Shown here in pieces: positions 46,945-57,315 of a DNA stretch of 64,000 bases. Where the stretch lies: sequence record LC667451.1; one strand, 5' to 3'. The notes beneath the pieces were generated by a model that was not told where the DNA came from, searched no databases, and saw only the letters and a list, made by a program, of their open reading frames with translations. A program made the translations under genes and the position numbers. Within the stretch, counting starts at the first letter, position 1, and every line of letters begins with the position of its first letter.

Positions 46945-48378
46945 ATGAAAAAGAGTCTGAACCGTATTGCGCTGGAAGCCGAGCGCGTTGAAGAAGTCCG
47001 CGCCGAAGGCGAGCGTACGGAAGAGCTGCGCCGTGTCGAAATGGCGGAGCCGGTCACCAACGAACCCGAACTGATCGACGTCGAGCGCGCGGCTGACGAC
47101 GCTGACGGCGAATACGAGATCGAGCAATCCGACGCGGTCGCTATCGAACAACTGTGCGCGTGGCGCGACCTGCTGGCTCACCAGATCCAGTCGAAGACCG
47201 TGTCGCTGGAATCGATCGCGATGGTCCAGATGGGCGTCCAGCAGATCTACGCGCGTCAAGGCGTGCGCATGCGCACGATCTCGCAAGAAAGCAACATGTC
47301 GGTCGAAGCCTACGGCAAGTACGTGATGGAAGGCATCTTCGGCGCGATCGGCAACTCGATCGTCCTGCCGTTCAAGCGCTGGAAGGACCGTCTCGGCGAT
47401 CTGTTCCGCACGCTCCCGTCGCAAGCCGAGAAGTATCGCAGCAAGCTGACCACGGCGCGCGAAGAACTGCACCAGAAGCCGTTCTCGGGCGCAGCCGAGA
47501 TCAACATGCACGAACTGTGGGGCTTCTTCACGACCGGCGAGGGTCAGGCTGTCAAGACGCTCGCGACGCTGCAGAAGGACCTGGCGATGGACAAGTACGT
47601 CCTCGTCGACTATCCGCAACAACTGGGCAAGCTGGTGCAACAAGCCGCGGGCATCATCGGCAACGGCGACTGGTCGACCGACGAAGGCGCGAAGCGTGCT
47701 GCACTCGAACTCGAAAAGCTGCCGCACCCGGCGGATCTGTTCAACAAGCAGTTCCTCTCGGAAGGCAAGAAGCCGTACCTCGGCGTGACCGGTCTGGATC
47801 TGCAAGTCGGCGCGAAGCGCAAGGTGCTGTCGATCGGCGGCGTGGCACTGCCCAAGCTGGCTGAACTCGCCTCGGCCAAGCGTGTCACGGAAACGGGTTC
47901 GCTGGGTCACGACGTCGCCAACCTGGCAGGCAAGATCGGCGGCAAGATTGTCGGTAATGCGGTCAACACCGCCTCGATCGTGCTGTCGAAGAACGTGAAG
48001 ATGTCGCAGCAAGACCTCGACAAGCTCATCACGTTCGGCGAAGAGTACGTCAACAACGTCGACGCTTACCTGAAGGGCGCTTCGCAACTGAACGGCGCGT
48101 TCGAAGCCCTGGACGCAGCGATCGAGAAGCACTCGCATGGCAAGTACGAAGCAGGCGCTGGCGCGGTGCTGCAACAAGCCGCAGGCTACGCTGACCAACT
48201 CGTGCAAGCCTGGGGTAACCCGGCCGTGCGTGAAGTGCGTCGTGCTTTGCGCGGTGCGCGTTTCGTGGCGTACATGGCTCGTCGTGGTATCTTCCACGGC
48301 TCGAACAGCGGCCAGAGCGACCAGAAGACGCATGAAGGCACCGTCGGTGAACAAGGCGGCGAAGCAGCTGCAGCGTAA
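46945..48378 (+). CDS. Inner-head / ejection-type protein with protease-cleaved propeptide
   Basis: N-terminal IALE, acidic propeptide, further SLE/SQE/SVE sites; strong highly-expressed codon bias; TATG just upstream. Confidence 0.7.
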   Translation: MKKSLNRIALEAERVEEVRAEGERTEELRRVEMAEPVTNEPELIDVERAADDADGEYEIEQSDAVAIEQLCAWRDLLAHQIQSKTVSLESIAMVQMGVQQIYARQGVRMRTISQESNMSVEAYGKYVMEGIFGAIGNSIVLPFKRWKDRLGDLFRTLPSQAEKYRSKLTTAREELHQKPFSGAAEINMHELWGFFTTGEGQAVKTLATLQKDLAMDKYVLVDYPQQLGKLVQQAAGIIGNGDWSTDEGAKRAALELEKLPHPADLFNKQFLSEGKKPYLGVTGLDLQVGAKRKVLSIGGVALPKLAELASAKRVTETGSLGHDVANLAGKIGGKIVGNAVNTASIVLSKNVKMSQQDLDKLITFGEEYVNNVDAYLKGASQLNGAFEALDAAIEKHSHGKYEAGAGAVLQQAAGYADQLVQAWGNPAVREVRRALRGARFVAYMARRGIFHGSNSGQSDQKTHEGTVGEQGGEAAAA

Positions 48379-48394
48379 GCAGTAGGGACTTGAT

Positions 48395-48426
48395 GAGAGG
48401 CGGGCTTCGGTCCGCCTCTTATGCCG
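48395..48426 (+). terminator. Hairpin + TATGCC element
   Basis: GAGAGGCGG..TTCG..CCGCCTCT followed by TATGCCG. Confidence 0.65.
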
Positions 48427-48482
48427 CTTACCGACTAGCTGAATCTTATAGAACTTCCCTCAAATTCTTTATTGGTCCCACT

Positions 48483-49226
48483 ATGAGCCAAGCAGAACAG
48501 TTGACACAGTGGCTCGAGACTGTGTCCGAGAAAGTCCGCAAGAATGTGACGGTAGTAACGCCTGAAGAAGTCGGTCAGGACTACTTCCTGCACATGAGCA
48601 CGGACACGGGAATCAAGAAGTTCATCCCGGTTATCGGGCATCGTCAGGCTTATAGCGAGGACCGCACAGTTCCGCGCGTGACGGTCGCACCGACTCTGCT
48701 GGGATGCTTCATTGGTTACGCCAAAAGTGACCATGATTTCCAGAACCTCCCGCAAGTAAAGAAACCTGACGAGAAAGGTTATCGTGGCGGCTGGAAGATT
48801 TACGCCTTACCTTTCAAGGCAGCACTCAAGCCGTCGACGCGCATGGTGTACGATTCACGCGCAAGCGATGAGCACTGGTTGGTGTCGTATAACCGGGAAA
48901 CCAACGAGTATATCCCGGAAGCCGCGGGCAAGATGTTCTTCCGCTCCATTCGTCTGGTGTCTCGTTCGGGTAAGACACCTGAAGGCGAGATGGAGATGTA
49001 CGCGGAGATCACCAAACCCGACGGTATTCGCTTTAGCAAGAACCTGCGGCTGGATGCTGGTTATCATCGCATCACAGGGCCGCTGCAACAACACGTGAAG
49101 GACTGGGGTGATGACACGGGCTATACCTCCGTCCCGATCGATAAGACCGAGTACTTCTCGGCAAAGAACGCGTCAGCTGACCTGCTCAGCCTGACACCTG
49201 GCATTCCTCCCCATCTCCAATGGTAA
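48483..49226 (+). CDS. Conserved phiKZ-like protein, candidate ADP-ribosyltransferase-like fold
   Basis: Likely start ATG 48483 (track start 48390 overlaps the terminator); FLHMS, PRVTVAPT, WKIY and DEHWL segments. Confidence 0.5.
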   Translation: MSQAEQLTQWLETVSEKVRKNVTVVTPEEVGQDYFLHMSTDTGIKKFIPVIGHRQAYSEDRTVPRVTVAPTLLGCFIGYAKSDHDFQNLPQVKKPDEKGYRGGWKIYALPFKAALKPSTRMVYDSRASDEHWLVSYNRETNEYIPEAAGKMFFRSIRLVSRSGKTPEGEMEMYAEITKPDGIRFSKNLRLDAGYHRITGPLQQHVKDWGDDTGYTSVPIDKTEYFSAKNASADLLSLTPGIPPHLQW

Positions 49227-49230
49227 GAAC

Positions 49231-50517
49231 ATGAAAGCATTCAATTGGCGAAGCGCCCTCGCTCTCGAAGAATTCCCGCCGCCCGGTGGCGGTACGTGGA
49301 GCCAGACGCAAGCTGAGATTGACGCAGCGAAGAAGCGTCCGACTGAAGACCAGGATCTCGAGGACACGGCTAAGCCGACTGAGCAGGCCGGACAGATCGA
49401 CGGTGATACCACGACGCTCTCGGGTCAAGCCAAACGTGGCCAGAATCCGGTGCCGGACAAGGAAGATACCCGCGGGGGTGGTGAGCCGAAGATCAACAGC
49501 GCGCCGGTGGATCTGGCGGATGTGGTGCTGACGGAGCAGGATCAGCGCAGCTACCAGCCGCTCGTCTCGGACAAGGCCAGCAAGGACGCGATCAACGAGC
49601 AGAACCTGGCGCAAGAAGGCCTGGTGGAGCGGATCAAGGATGCGTTCTCGGGTGCCGAACACGGCATCATGGAAGTGCGTGTGAAGGCTGAGGAAAACCT
49701 GGCCACAATCGAATCCATGAAGACCAAGCTTCAGGTCCGCAAGGGTGAAGTCCACGAGAAGGCAGAACCGATTCGTCTGTCAGCCTTCGCTACCTGGATT
49801 GCACTCGATGGCAAGATCATCGACGATGAAGCCACGCTGCTCAAGGAACTGGGTCGTCTGAAAGAGTTCGCGGACTGGATCACGACCGACTACAGCAATG
49901 CGCTCTTCGCAGCCTATGAACATATGGCGACGCAAGTGCTCAAGCTCGGCGAGTCGGATCTGGACAAGGCTACGGCCAACTTCGCTACGGTGCTCGAGCA
50001 GTTCAAGCCGAAGAACACCGAGAAGTTCCTGACCCTCAAGGAATCGACCACCGAGAAGGGCCAGACCTACACGGACATGAAGTCGCCGATGTTCCTGGGT
50101 TCGTGGCACCTGAACGCGCTGGAGCAACCCGCGAGCAACACCGCCAAGGGCCACACGGTCAGCTTCTCGTGGCACAAGGACGCGGACAAGGTCAAGAAGG
50201 GTGATTTCAAGCCGCTGCCCAAGGCAGCCATGGGCAAGGTGCTGGAAGTCCTGAATGCGATCTCGCAAGTGATGGCCAGCCACAAGCCGGACCACAAGAA
50301 GTACATCCGCTTCCTGGATGCGCTGGACGAGTTCGCGTATCGCTATCGCTACTTCAACGAACTCTCGCGTGAAGACAAGCAGAAGGTCACGAGCATCTAT
50401 TCGGGCGTGAAGATCGTCGCTGGTGCCGACCGTCTGTGGTTTGCTGATCGCGCCGTCAATCATACGGTCAAGGCCGTGCTGCTGTACATCGAGAAGTCGA
50501 TGCGCCGCATCAAGTAA
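49231..50517 (+). CDS. Inner-head / ejection-type protein
   Basis: N-terminal ALALEE, acidic propeptide ending at AQE-GLVERIK, a pattern typical of phiKZ-family processed head proteins. Confidence 0.7.
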   Translation: MKAFNWRSALALEEFPPPGGGTWSQTQAEIDAAKKRPTEDQDLEDTAKPTEQAGQIDGDTTTLSGQAKRGQNPVPDKEDTRGGGEPKINSAPVDLADVVLTEQDQRSYQPLVSDKASKDAINEQNLAQEGLVERIKDAFSGAEHGIMEVRVKAEENLATIESMKTKLQVRKGEVHEKAEPIRLSAFATWIALDGKIIDDEATLLKELGRLKEFADWITTDYSNALFAAYEHMATQVLKLGESDLDKATANFATVLEQFKPKNTEKFLTLKESTTEKGQTYTDMKSPMFLGSWHLNALEQPASNTAKGHTVSFSWHKDADKVKKGDFKPLPKAAMGKVLEVLNAISQVMASHKPDHKKYIRFLDALDEFAYRYRYFNELSREDKQKVTSIYSGVKIVAGADRLWFADRAVNHTVKAVLLYIEKSMRRIK

Positions 50518-50528
50518 AGGAGTGTCTC

Positions 50529-51920
50529 GTGGAAGAAGAAGTCATTGAAGCCACGGTAGAAACCCCGGCTCAGCCGGAGGTGCCGACCGAAACGGTGGTG
50601 CTCACCGAGGACGTGGAATGCGCGCGCATGAACCGTCAGTTGGAAAAGCTGGAAGACCTGCGCGGTCGCTTGACCGAGAACAAGCAGCTGACCAGTGAAG
50701 TCGCACTGGAACACCAAGCCCTGACGGGGACTGACTCGTTGGTGGATGCGTACTTCAGCACGGCTGCCAAGCAAAAGAAGTACCAGATCGCCTCTGAAAG
50801 CCTGCTACAGACCACGGTCACGCTCCTGAAGAAGGCGAAGGACCTGCTCTGGAACATGATCGTCAAAGTCTTCAACTGGTTCCAGAAGCTCTTCATGGAC
50901 AAGAAGCCGCTGACGGAAGCGGCAGTCGAAGCCGAGCACGCGAAGTTCAAGGAGTACGTCGGTCCGGTCGAACGTGCTGAGCGGGTACCGAGTTCACGCA
51001 CCGCCATCATCGCTGCAGTGCGGGAATCGGGTCTGGACGACAAGTACGTCGGCCAACTCACACCCGAGGAAATGGACATCTACAACGAAGGTCGTTTCCA
51101 TCAAGCGATGCAGAAGGTGATCCCGACGCTCAAGGGCTTCGACGTGTACGACGTCGTGACGGCGCTGGAAGCTTGGCACAAGAAGGCATTGAAGGACGCT
51201 GAGATCTTCGATCAGGAAAACGGTCAGTTGGCCGAAGAAGTGGTCGAGCGTAAGCTGGAAGTCTGGAAGAAGGACACCCAGCGTGCCCTGGACTCAGCAA
51301 CCCAGATGTCCAAGTCGATCATGGAAGTGCGTCTGCAAGCCTACCAGATCGCCGTGGAAGAGCGCCGTAAGCTCAAGGTTGATCCCCACTTCCATCTGGG
51401 TACGGACCTCTCAGGCATCATGCATCGCGGCCTGCGCATCTTCGATCAGTCCGGCTACAAGCAAGTCGGCGACGGTATGCGTGACGTACACGCTGGGCTC
51501 ACCAAGACCGTCAAGCAGTTGCAAACGCTGCGTCAGAACGCAGAAGTCGAACTCCAGCAGATCCAGATGGGTGGTGGCAACAGCGTGATGCCGGGTGTGC
51601 CGGGCGCACGTAAGCCCGCGATGGAGTTTGTGGAAGCGAGCTTCATGAAGGAAGTGAACCGCATCATCTCGACGCTGCATCAGTGCGTCCAGTCGGTGCA
51701 GTTGCTGAACAACTACTTCTCCTTCGTGGTGTCGAGCACGCGTACGATCCTCAAATACGTGCAGGAGACGGCCGTAGAGGCGATGAAGTTCGGTGGCGAT
51801 GTCAAGAGCTTGAATGACGTTGCGCGCCGCGCTGAGGCCGGTGCAATCCAACCTACGGAGACGGACCTCCAGAACAATCTGGGATCTGCCTACGATACCA
51901 AGGCTGGTGACGGTAGCTAA
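50529..51920 (+). CDS. Inner-head / ejection-type protein
   Basis: GTG start with AAGGAG RBS; VALE and ASE sites followed by the amphipathic LKKAKDLLWNMIVKVFNWFQKLF helix. Confidence 0.65.
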   Translation: MEEEVIEATVETPAQPEVPTETVVLTEDVECARMNRQLEKLEDLRGRLTENKQLTSEVALEHQALTGTDSLVDAYFSTAAKQKKYQIASESLLQTTVTLLKKAKDLLWNMIVKVFNWFQKLFMDKKPLTEAAVEAEHAKFKEYVGPVERAERVPSSRTAIIAAVRESGLDDKYVGQLTPEEMDIYNEGRFHQAMQKVIPTLKGFDVYDVVTALEAWHKKALKDAEIFDQENGQLAEEVVERKLEVWKKDTQRALDSATQMSKSIMEVRLQAYQIAVEERRKLKVDPHFHLGTDLSGIMHRGLRIFDQSGYKQVGDGMRDVHAGLTKTVKQLQTLRQNAEVELQQIQMGGGNSVMPGVPGARKPAMEFVEASFMKEVNRIISTLHQCVQSVQLLNNYFSFVVSSTRTILKYVQETAVEAMKFGGDVKSLNDVARRAEAGAIQPTETDLQNNLGSAYDTKAGDGS

Positions 51921-51931
51921 CGTTTCGGCGT

Positions 51932-51964
51932 CATAGAGCCAGGGGAAATCCCCTGGCTCCTATG
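51932..51964. terminator. CATA-stem-TATG element between convergent genes
   Basis: GAGCCAGGGG-AAAT-CCCCTGGCTC. Confidence 0.8.
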
Positions 51965-51970
51965 CCCTCG

Positions 51971-52321
51971 TTAATGAGGATTGAGTGAACTGATTTCCAC
52001 CACGAGTTCTTTGGTGTTGGCGAAGTTGAAGGCTGAATCCAGAACGATATGTTGATACAGACAGTCCGGGTCCAAGCCATCGGAGATCAGGATGTCGACT
52101 CGTCCCTGTTTGCCTGGAATGTTGACGGGGTCCGCTGCATAGGGCAGGGTGGTCGGGCGCACCAGCACGATCTTCACGACGATCGGGAAGGTGTAGGCGA
52201 TCAGTGCCAGGATCGAATAGGCAAGTGCGCTGCTCTGGCAATTCGCCAGTAGCCAAGTACGCAGACCATCGAGATCAGTGAGCGATTCGGGGACGGTGAT
52301 CGGAGTGGGATTCGTTGCCAT
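51971..52321 (-). CDS. Small hypothetical protein
   Basis: AAGGA RBS before ATG 52321; resembles one module of the 54454-56919 protein. Confidence 0.6.
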   Translation of the reverse strand: MATNPTPITVPESLTDLDGLRTWLLANCQSSALAYSILALIAYTFPIVVKIVLVRPTTLPYAADPVNIPGKQGRVDILISDGLDPDCLYQHIVLDSAFNFANTKELVVEISSLNPH

Positions 52322-52359
52322 GAGCATCCTTGTAGTGGGTATTCCTCATGGGATAAACC

Positions 52360-52410
52360 AAAAAAAAAGAGGGCTGATACAGGCGGACCCGAAGGTCCGC
52401 CCATATGCCC
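52360..52410 (-). terminator. Intrinsic terminator
   Basis: GGCGGACC-TTCG-GGTCCGCC on the minus strand with a downstream T9. Confidence 0.75.
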
Positions 52411-52417
52411 TACCGGC

Positions 52418-54004
52418 TTAGCCGTAGATGATCTGCTGCAAATGTGTGACGCCTGATTGCGAGACGACACGCATTAGCAGTCCTTGGTGCGGTTGGAAGT
52501 CAAACTGATACAGCAAGTTGCCGTGCTGTGTCTGGTTGATCTGCTCACGCAAGACAAACATGCGCGCAATCACATCACGCACCGTCGTCTTCTGCGGCAT
52601 GCGCTCCACCAGCGCACTCAGCACGCGATCGTAGCTTTCCAGTGAAAAGGCCGATAGACTGGCACATTCACCGAATTGCTGCGTCATGCCCGTGCCCAAC
52701 GGTTGCTGCGGAGCGAACTGCTGGGTATGCATGCCGCCAACCCAGCGACCACCGGCCATCGCACCCCAGCCGACGGATGGCATGTGGCGAGCGCGTGCGC
52801 GATGTGCTCGGCGCTCCACCTGACCCAATGTTTCGCCGTCAAAGAAGACTGCGTCGATTGTCTCCACATAGTCCACACGTTCCAGACCGCCTGTGCGACT
52901 GAGACCATTGACTGGTGCCAGCCAGGTCGTGCGCATCTGGATACGCCCCACGTATTGAGTGCCCGTGAAGAGATCCAGATGAACCATGCCGTGTGCGTTC
53001 GGACCACCAATCAAATTCGGCGCGTAAAGACGCTGCATCCGATAACGCATCGCTTCGACGGTAGCACCCGGATTGCGATCCATCGCCACCAGTTCCTGTG
53101 TGAGCGAACTGAGCAACTGACTGGCTTGCGAGGTGATGTGGAAACGCAGCACGTCTTGGAGGCTTTCACCATTGGAGGCGATGTTTTCCGCTATATCGTC
53201 ACAGGTCATGTAGTGGTAGACCCCTGCGCGAAACGACATCACCTGCTGTTCCGGCTCGTCGTTCTTGGGTCGGGCGAGCGAGACCATACGCTCGGCCCAG
53301 TTAGGACCCGAAGCCTTCCAGCCTGTCTTCAGATGAAGCCGTCCGGCACGCGCCCACACGCCTTTGTCAGCCACCACCACGTCGATAAGCAGCAAACCGC
53401 TCTGATCATCGAACTTGTTCTTCAAGGGCGTGGTGACGCGCGACACATTGAACAAACGACTCGCCTTCAGTTGCTGCCGGTCCGCACCATGGGCAATCGG
53501 ATAATCGTCGATCATCGTATCGATTATGCTGAACAGCCCCGTGTAGTCCGTGTCGCTGAAGCCGATCAGGCGCAGGAAATTCATGAAACGACGTTCGTCC
53601 AGATACATCGGCGGGGCGATCATCAGGTGGTCAGCGGGGCGAATTGCTTCTTCACCCGGCAACCACGTCGTGATCGACTTGATGTATTCGTAGAGGACGC
53701 CTTCTTCCTCGCGCATACCGAGCGAGAAGATCAAGACATTCTCGTTCTTGGAGATCAGTTTCAGGATGTCCTCACGACCTTCCATGCGAACCAGCACGAG
53801 ACCGGTTTCGTCCGCACTGATACCCTCTTCCGTCACAAAGGTCAGGAAGAGCTTGAGGTCATCGCGCGATTCCTGCGATTCCTTGGTGGCTTCATCTGCG
53901 CGCACACCCAAGCCGCGATGGGCCAGTATCAAGGCTTCGATCACTGCCGGAATCACGCGACCATTCGGGACTTCGATGCGGACGATCTTTTGTTCATTGC
54001 TCAT
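52418..54004 (-). CDS. Hypothetical multi-module accessory protein
   Basis: 528 aa, AGGAG RBS; no known motif. Confidence 0.7.
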   Translation of the reverse strand: MSNEQKIVRIEVPNGRVIPAVIEALILAHRGLGVRADEATKESQESRDDLKLFLTFVTEEGISADETGLVLVRMEGREDILKLISKNENVLIFSLGMREEEGVLYEYIKSITTWLPGEEAIRPADHLMIAPPMYLDERRFMNFLRLIGFSDTDYTGLFSIIDTMIDDYPIAHGADRQQLKASRLFNVSRVTTPLKNKFDDQSGLLLIDVVVADKGVWARAGRLHLKTGWKASGPNWAERMVSLARPKNDEPEQQVMSFRAGVYHYMTCDDIAENIASNGESLQDVLRFHITSQASQLLSSLTQELVAMDRNPGATVEAMRYRMQRLYAPNLIGGPNAHGMVHLDLFTGTQYVGRIQMRTTWLAPVNGLSRTGGLERVDYVETIDAVFFDGETLGQVERRAHRARARHMPSVGWGAMAGGRWVGGMHTQQFAPQQPLGTGMTQQFGECASLSAFSLESYDRVLSALVERMPQKTTVRDVIARMFVLREQINQTQHGNLLYQFDFQPHQGLLMRVVSQSGVTHLQQIIYG

Positions 54005-54068
54005 TGTAATTCTCCTGTAGTCTTGGGGTGGTGAGCAGGATCGTAATCCTGCTGCGACGATGTTCTAG

Positions 54069-54380
54069 TTATGCGAGTTGTTCGAGCAAGCTGTGGGGAA
54101 GCTTGAGCAGATCCAGGCCGCGCTTAAGGACCTTCTCAGTCATCTCCGGTCGCGCCAGTTCACGCATGAGGTTGCCACGAATGGCCATCTCCTCCCACTT
54201 ACCGTGCGGCTGGCGGTGGGTCTTGATGTAGTCGTCGAGCAGGCTGTTGAACTTGGCCTCGTTGACCTTGTGTTCAGCCAGCAGGCGACGGAAGAACTGC
54301 GCACGCTTGGCTTCCACCGTGGGTATTTCCAGAGGGCGGTCGATGTTCTTCAGGATGTCGATCAGACGTTCGCGACTCAT
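54069..54380 (-). CDS. Small phiKZ-family hypothetical protein
   Basis: RGNL..EL....MT.KV...GL motif that I recall from phiKZ-like phages; AAGGAG RBS. Confidence 0.65.
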   Translation of the reverse strand: MSRERLIDILKNIDRPLEIPTVEAKRAQFFRRLLAEHKVNEAKFNSLLDDYIKTHRQPHGKWEEMAIRGNLMRELARPEMTEKVLKRGLDLLKLPHSLLEQLA

Positions 54381-54453
54381 TGTTACTCTCCTTGTTTACT
54401 ACGATGGGAAAAGGGAACAGGACCACTTCCGCAAGCAGCCCTGTTTGCAACAA

Positions 54454-56919
54454 TTACAGCTTCAGACCGAAGTGCAGCAGGCTGCCGTCGGCTTCCTTGA
54501 TGTCGATCACCAGTTCGACATCGTCCGTGAAGACGAATTCGAACTCAGCAGGCGTCATCGTGTCGCCGATACTGCGCGTGACACACTCCATGAAGTCGTG
54601 CAGACGTTGCGACTTCGCTTCCGACAGCAACGGCAACACACCCTGGATCGTACCCATGAAGAACTGGTACGAGCCCGTTTTGAACGTCGTCGGCGTGACG
54701 TGTTTGACAATACCGTCGACGCCGTGTTGATGGTCGTCATCGACCGCTGGACCACTCGTCGTTGCTTTGATCGCCTGCAGGGTTTCCACGCGCGCCTGTT
54801 CACGCGCTTCCTTCGTGCGCTTGTCCAGTTCTTCTTCCGCCTGGCAGACCACCCCTTGGATCATTTCGACGTTGCGATTCATGAAGTGGTCCGACGTCAG
54901 ACCGGTAATCAGATCGAACGTCAAGAGCGGCGTTTCCTCGTCGATGGCCAGATACGTGTCGAACACCTTGACCGTGATCTTGCCTGCGTCGAGTTTGCCG
55001 CTGGCACGCAGCACCGGATTCGCCACACGCACGAGCTTCATGTGCAGGTTCGGACCGACTTCCTTGCCGTACAGGCGCTTGATGATACCGCGCACCGAGG
55101 CCTGATACTTCAGCAGGTTGTCCGCACCGATCTTGTCGAACGCCTTGAACAGATCCGCCATCGCGATAAACCCGTACGGCTGATCCGCATCGAAACTCAC
55201 CGACGTCGTGCCGCGCGTATCCGGATGGATGTACGTGTCGATGAGTTCCATCGGCGTTTGCGACGCGCCACGAGCAGGCGGCAGCTGCACTGCGCGGGTC
55301 GTGAAGTTGAACAGACCGATCTGGCGGTACTCACCAGGGCGGCTCGGCACATCTTCCACGACCGACACGTCCAGGTAGCCGACGATGCCGTCGTCAGTGG
55401 CGTTGCTCGAGATCACACGGGCGAGATCAGCATGCAACGGAATCGTGGCGAAATACCGTACGCGCGCCGGATCACCTTGCGTCGCCGGGGATGAGAAGAT
55501 CAGCTGCTCGATGCGCTCCGGCGAATCCAGATGCTCCTTGTTGGTGGAGTTCTGAACGAACATGTTGAGCAGCCCGACCTTGTCCATCATGCCCGAGTGC
55601 GTCGAGAGCTTACGCACGTAGCCGTCGCTCTTGCGAGCATTGCCGTTGGTCGCAAAGAGCGACATGCGGATCTGATCGCGCGGAGGACGCATCGGTTGGG
55701 TCGGTTCGCCTTCCTTGGCTTCCGGCGCAGCCTGCTGCTCGCCGCTCGGTTTCTTGCCTTCCTGGTCAGCGAGCAACTGCTTCGTTGCGCCTTCCGGCCA
55801 GCCGACGATGGCTTCGTACCAGCCCATATCGCCGAACTTCTTCTGGCCACCCAGGATGAACGAGATGTCCATGTTGGTGAACTTGCCGTCCTTGCCGCAT
55901 TCGAAGACGATTTCACCGTACGCATCTTCGCCCTTGGTGAGCGCATCGAGCGACGGGTGATTGACGTCCTTGAAGCGGAAGCTGTCGAACATGTTTTCCA
56001 CGTCGAGGTTGAACATGTGTTTGTCGAAGTCGTCGACGATGGTTTCCGGCATGTTGGCCTTCAGGAACTCGATGAACTCCGTGTATTTCAGCACCTTGTC
56101 GAGCGGCTCGTACATGCGCAGGTAGTCCAGACCCTTGCCGACGCTGACCATGTTGGTGTTTTCTGCTTGTTGAACTTGCATGTTACGTGCCTCCTCAGGC
56201 TTGATGAATGCATCTTCGTTGAATTCAAAATCGAGCAGACCGCCCACCAGGATTTCCTGGTTATAGCGTTCGTGCTTTTCCGTGTGCAGCTTCATCGTCG
56301 CCAACCGGTCTCCATCCGGCGGCAAGACGATATCAATCTTGATCTGCCCGTCGTCCATGGCGGTAGCCGAACGACGATAGTTGCCCTGACGAAAGCGCAG
56401 GGGTAGGTTGGTTAGATTGCGGCCGATCAGGTATGCTTCGATCTCGCGCCGCAGGAATTCACCCGTGTGCAGATCACCGGAGAGGTTGAGCCACAGACGG
56501 AACTCATCCCAGTCCAAGCCCCCACCTCCTTCCTCAATCGGATCGACGCCAATGCCGCGAAGCTTCTCCGTGCTAAGCTTCGGGCCAGTCTGAATCAGTC
56601 GACCCGCGATGATGTACTCCGTCATGTTGCCATCGGGAATCGCGGTCAGCAAAGCAATCCTGCCCATCGGGGACGGTGCCATGTCGCGACTAACCGTCAT
56701 GATCTTCAGACCACGGTGATGTTGCGTCGCGGCGTACTGATCTTCGACCTCCGCCCTGACGAATGCGGGATTGACCTTGGTTTCGATACACAGGGCAGCA
56801 ATCGTCTCCATGATTGCCTGCACTGTTTGAGCATGGCCCAGATACGTGTTCTGCTTGAGCCACGCAGTGATGCTATTGCCCTGGTAGAAACTCATTTTTT
56901 CCTTGTTTTCCGTACTCAT
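54454..56919 (-). CDS. Large hypothetical protein with internally repeated modules
   Basis: 821 aa, AAGGA RBS, typical codon usage. Confidence 0.75.
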   Translation of the reverse strand: MSTENKEKMSFYQGNSITAWLKQNTYLGHAQTVQAIMETIAALCIETKVNPAFVRAEVEDQYAATQHHRGLKIMTVSRDMAPSPMGRIALLTAIPDGNMTEYIIAGRLIQTGPKLSTEKLRGIGVDPIEEGGGGLDWDEFRLWLNLSGDLHTGEFLRREIEAYLIGRNLTNLPLRFRQGNYRRSATAMDDGQIKIDIVLPPDGDRLATMKLHTEKHERYNQEILVGGLLDFEFNEDAFIKPEEARNMQVQQAENTNMVSVGKGLDYLRMYEPLDKVLKYTEFIEFLKANMPETIVDDFDKHMFNLDVENMFDSFRFKDVNHPSLDALTKGEDAYGEIVFECGKDGKFTNMDISFILGGQKKFGDMGWYEAIVGWPEGATKQLLADQEGKKPSGEQQAAPEAKEGEPTQPMRPPRDQIRMSLFATNGNARKSDGYVRKLSTHSGMMDKVGLLNMFVQNSTNKEHLDSPERIEQLIFSSPATQGDPARVRYFATIPLHADLARVISSNATDDGIVGYLDVSVVEDVPSRPGEYRQIGLFNFTTRAVQLPPARGASQTPMELIDTYIHPDTRGTTSVSFDADQPYGFIAMADLFKAFDKIGADNLLKYQASVRGIIKRLYGKEVGPNLHMKLVRVANPVLRASGKLDAGKITVKVFDTYLAIDEETPLLTFDLITGLTSDHFMNRNVEMIQGVVCQAEEELDKRTKEAREQARVETLQAIKATTSGPAVDDDHQHGVDGIVKHVTPTTFKTGSYQFFMGTIQGVLPLLSEAKSQRLHDFMECVTRSIGDTMTPAEFEFVFTDDVELVIDIKEADGSLLHFGLKL

Positions 56920-56928
56920 TTCGTTTCC

Positions 56929-57294
56929 TTATTTCAGTTCTTGTTTGGTGATCAGATTGACGATCGAGTCGATCTTCTCCGCACTCGGTCCCAGATAGGG
57001 CATGACATCCCACACCCGAGTCTTGATCTCGTAACTCAGTTCCACCTTCTCACGATCCCGATAAAGCAGGCTGATCGCCACAATGTCCAGCCGATACGTG
57101 CGAGGTGCCGTGCGCGTAATGATGGCTTTCCAGTTGCTGCGATCCAGATAGATCGGTCTGCTAATCAGGACGTGCCGAATCTCCGACTCCAACATGATCC
57201 ACGAGAAGTGTGGCATGTCGGTTTTCTTCATTACGAAGCTAGACAGCGAGCCCGAGCCTTCCAGGGGGAATTCTTCTCGATCGCCTTTGATCAT
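56929..57294 (-). CDS. Hypothetical protein
   Basis: 121 aa, GAGG RBS, operon context. Confidence 0.6.
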   Translation of the reverse strand: MIKGDREEFPLEGSGSLSSFVMKKTDMPHFSWIMLESEIRHVLISRPIYLDRSNWKAIITRTAPRTYRLDIVAISLLYRDREKVELSYEIKTRVWDVMPYLGPSAEKIDSIVNLITKQELK

Positions 57295-57315
57295 TTCGTC
57301 CTCACTTGTAACTGA

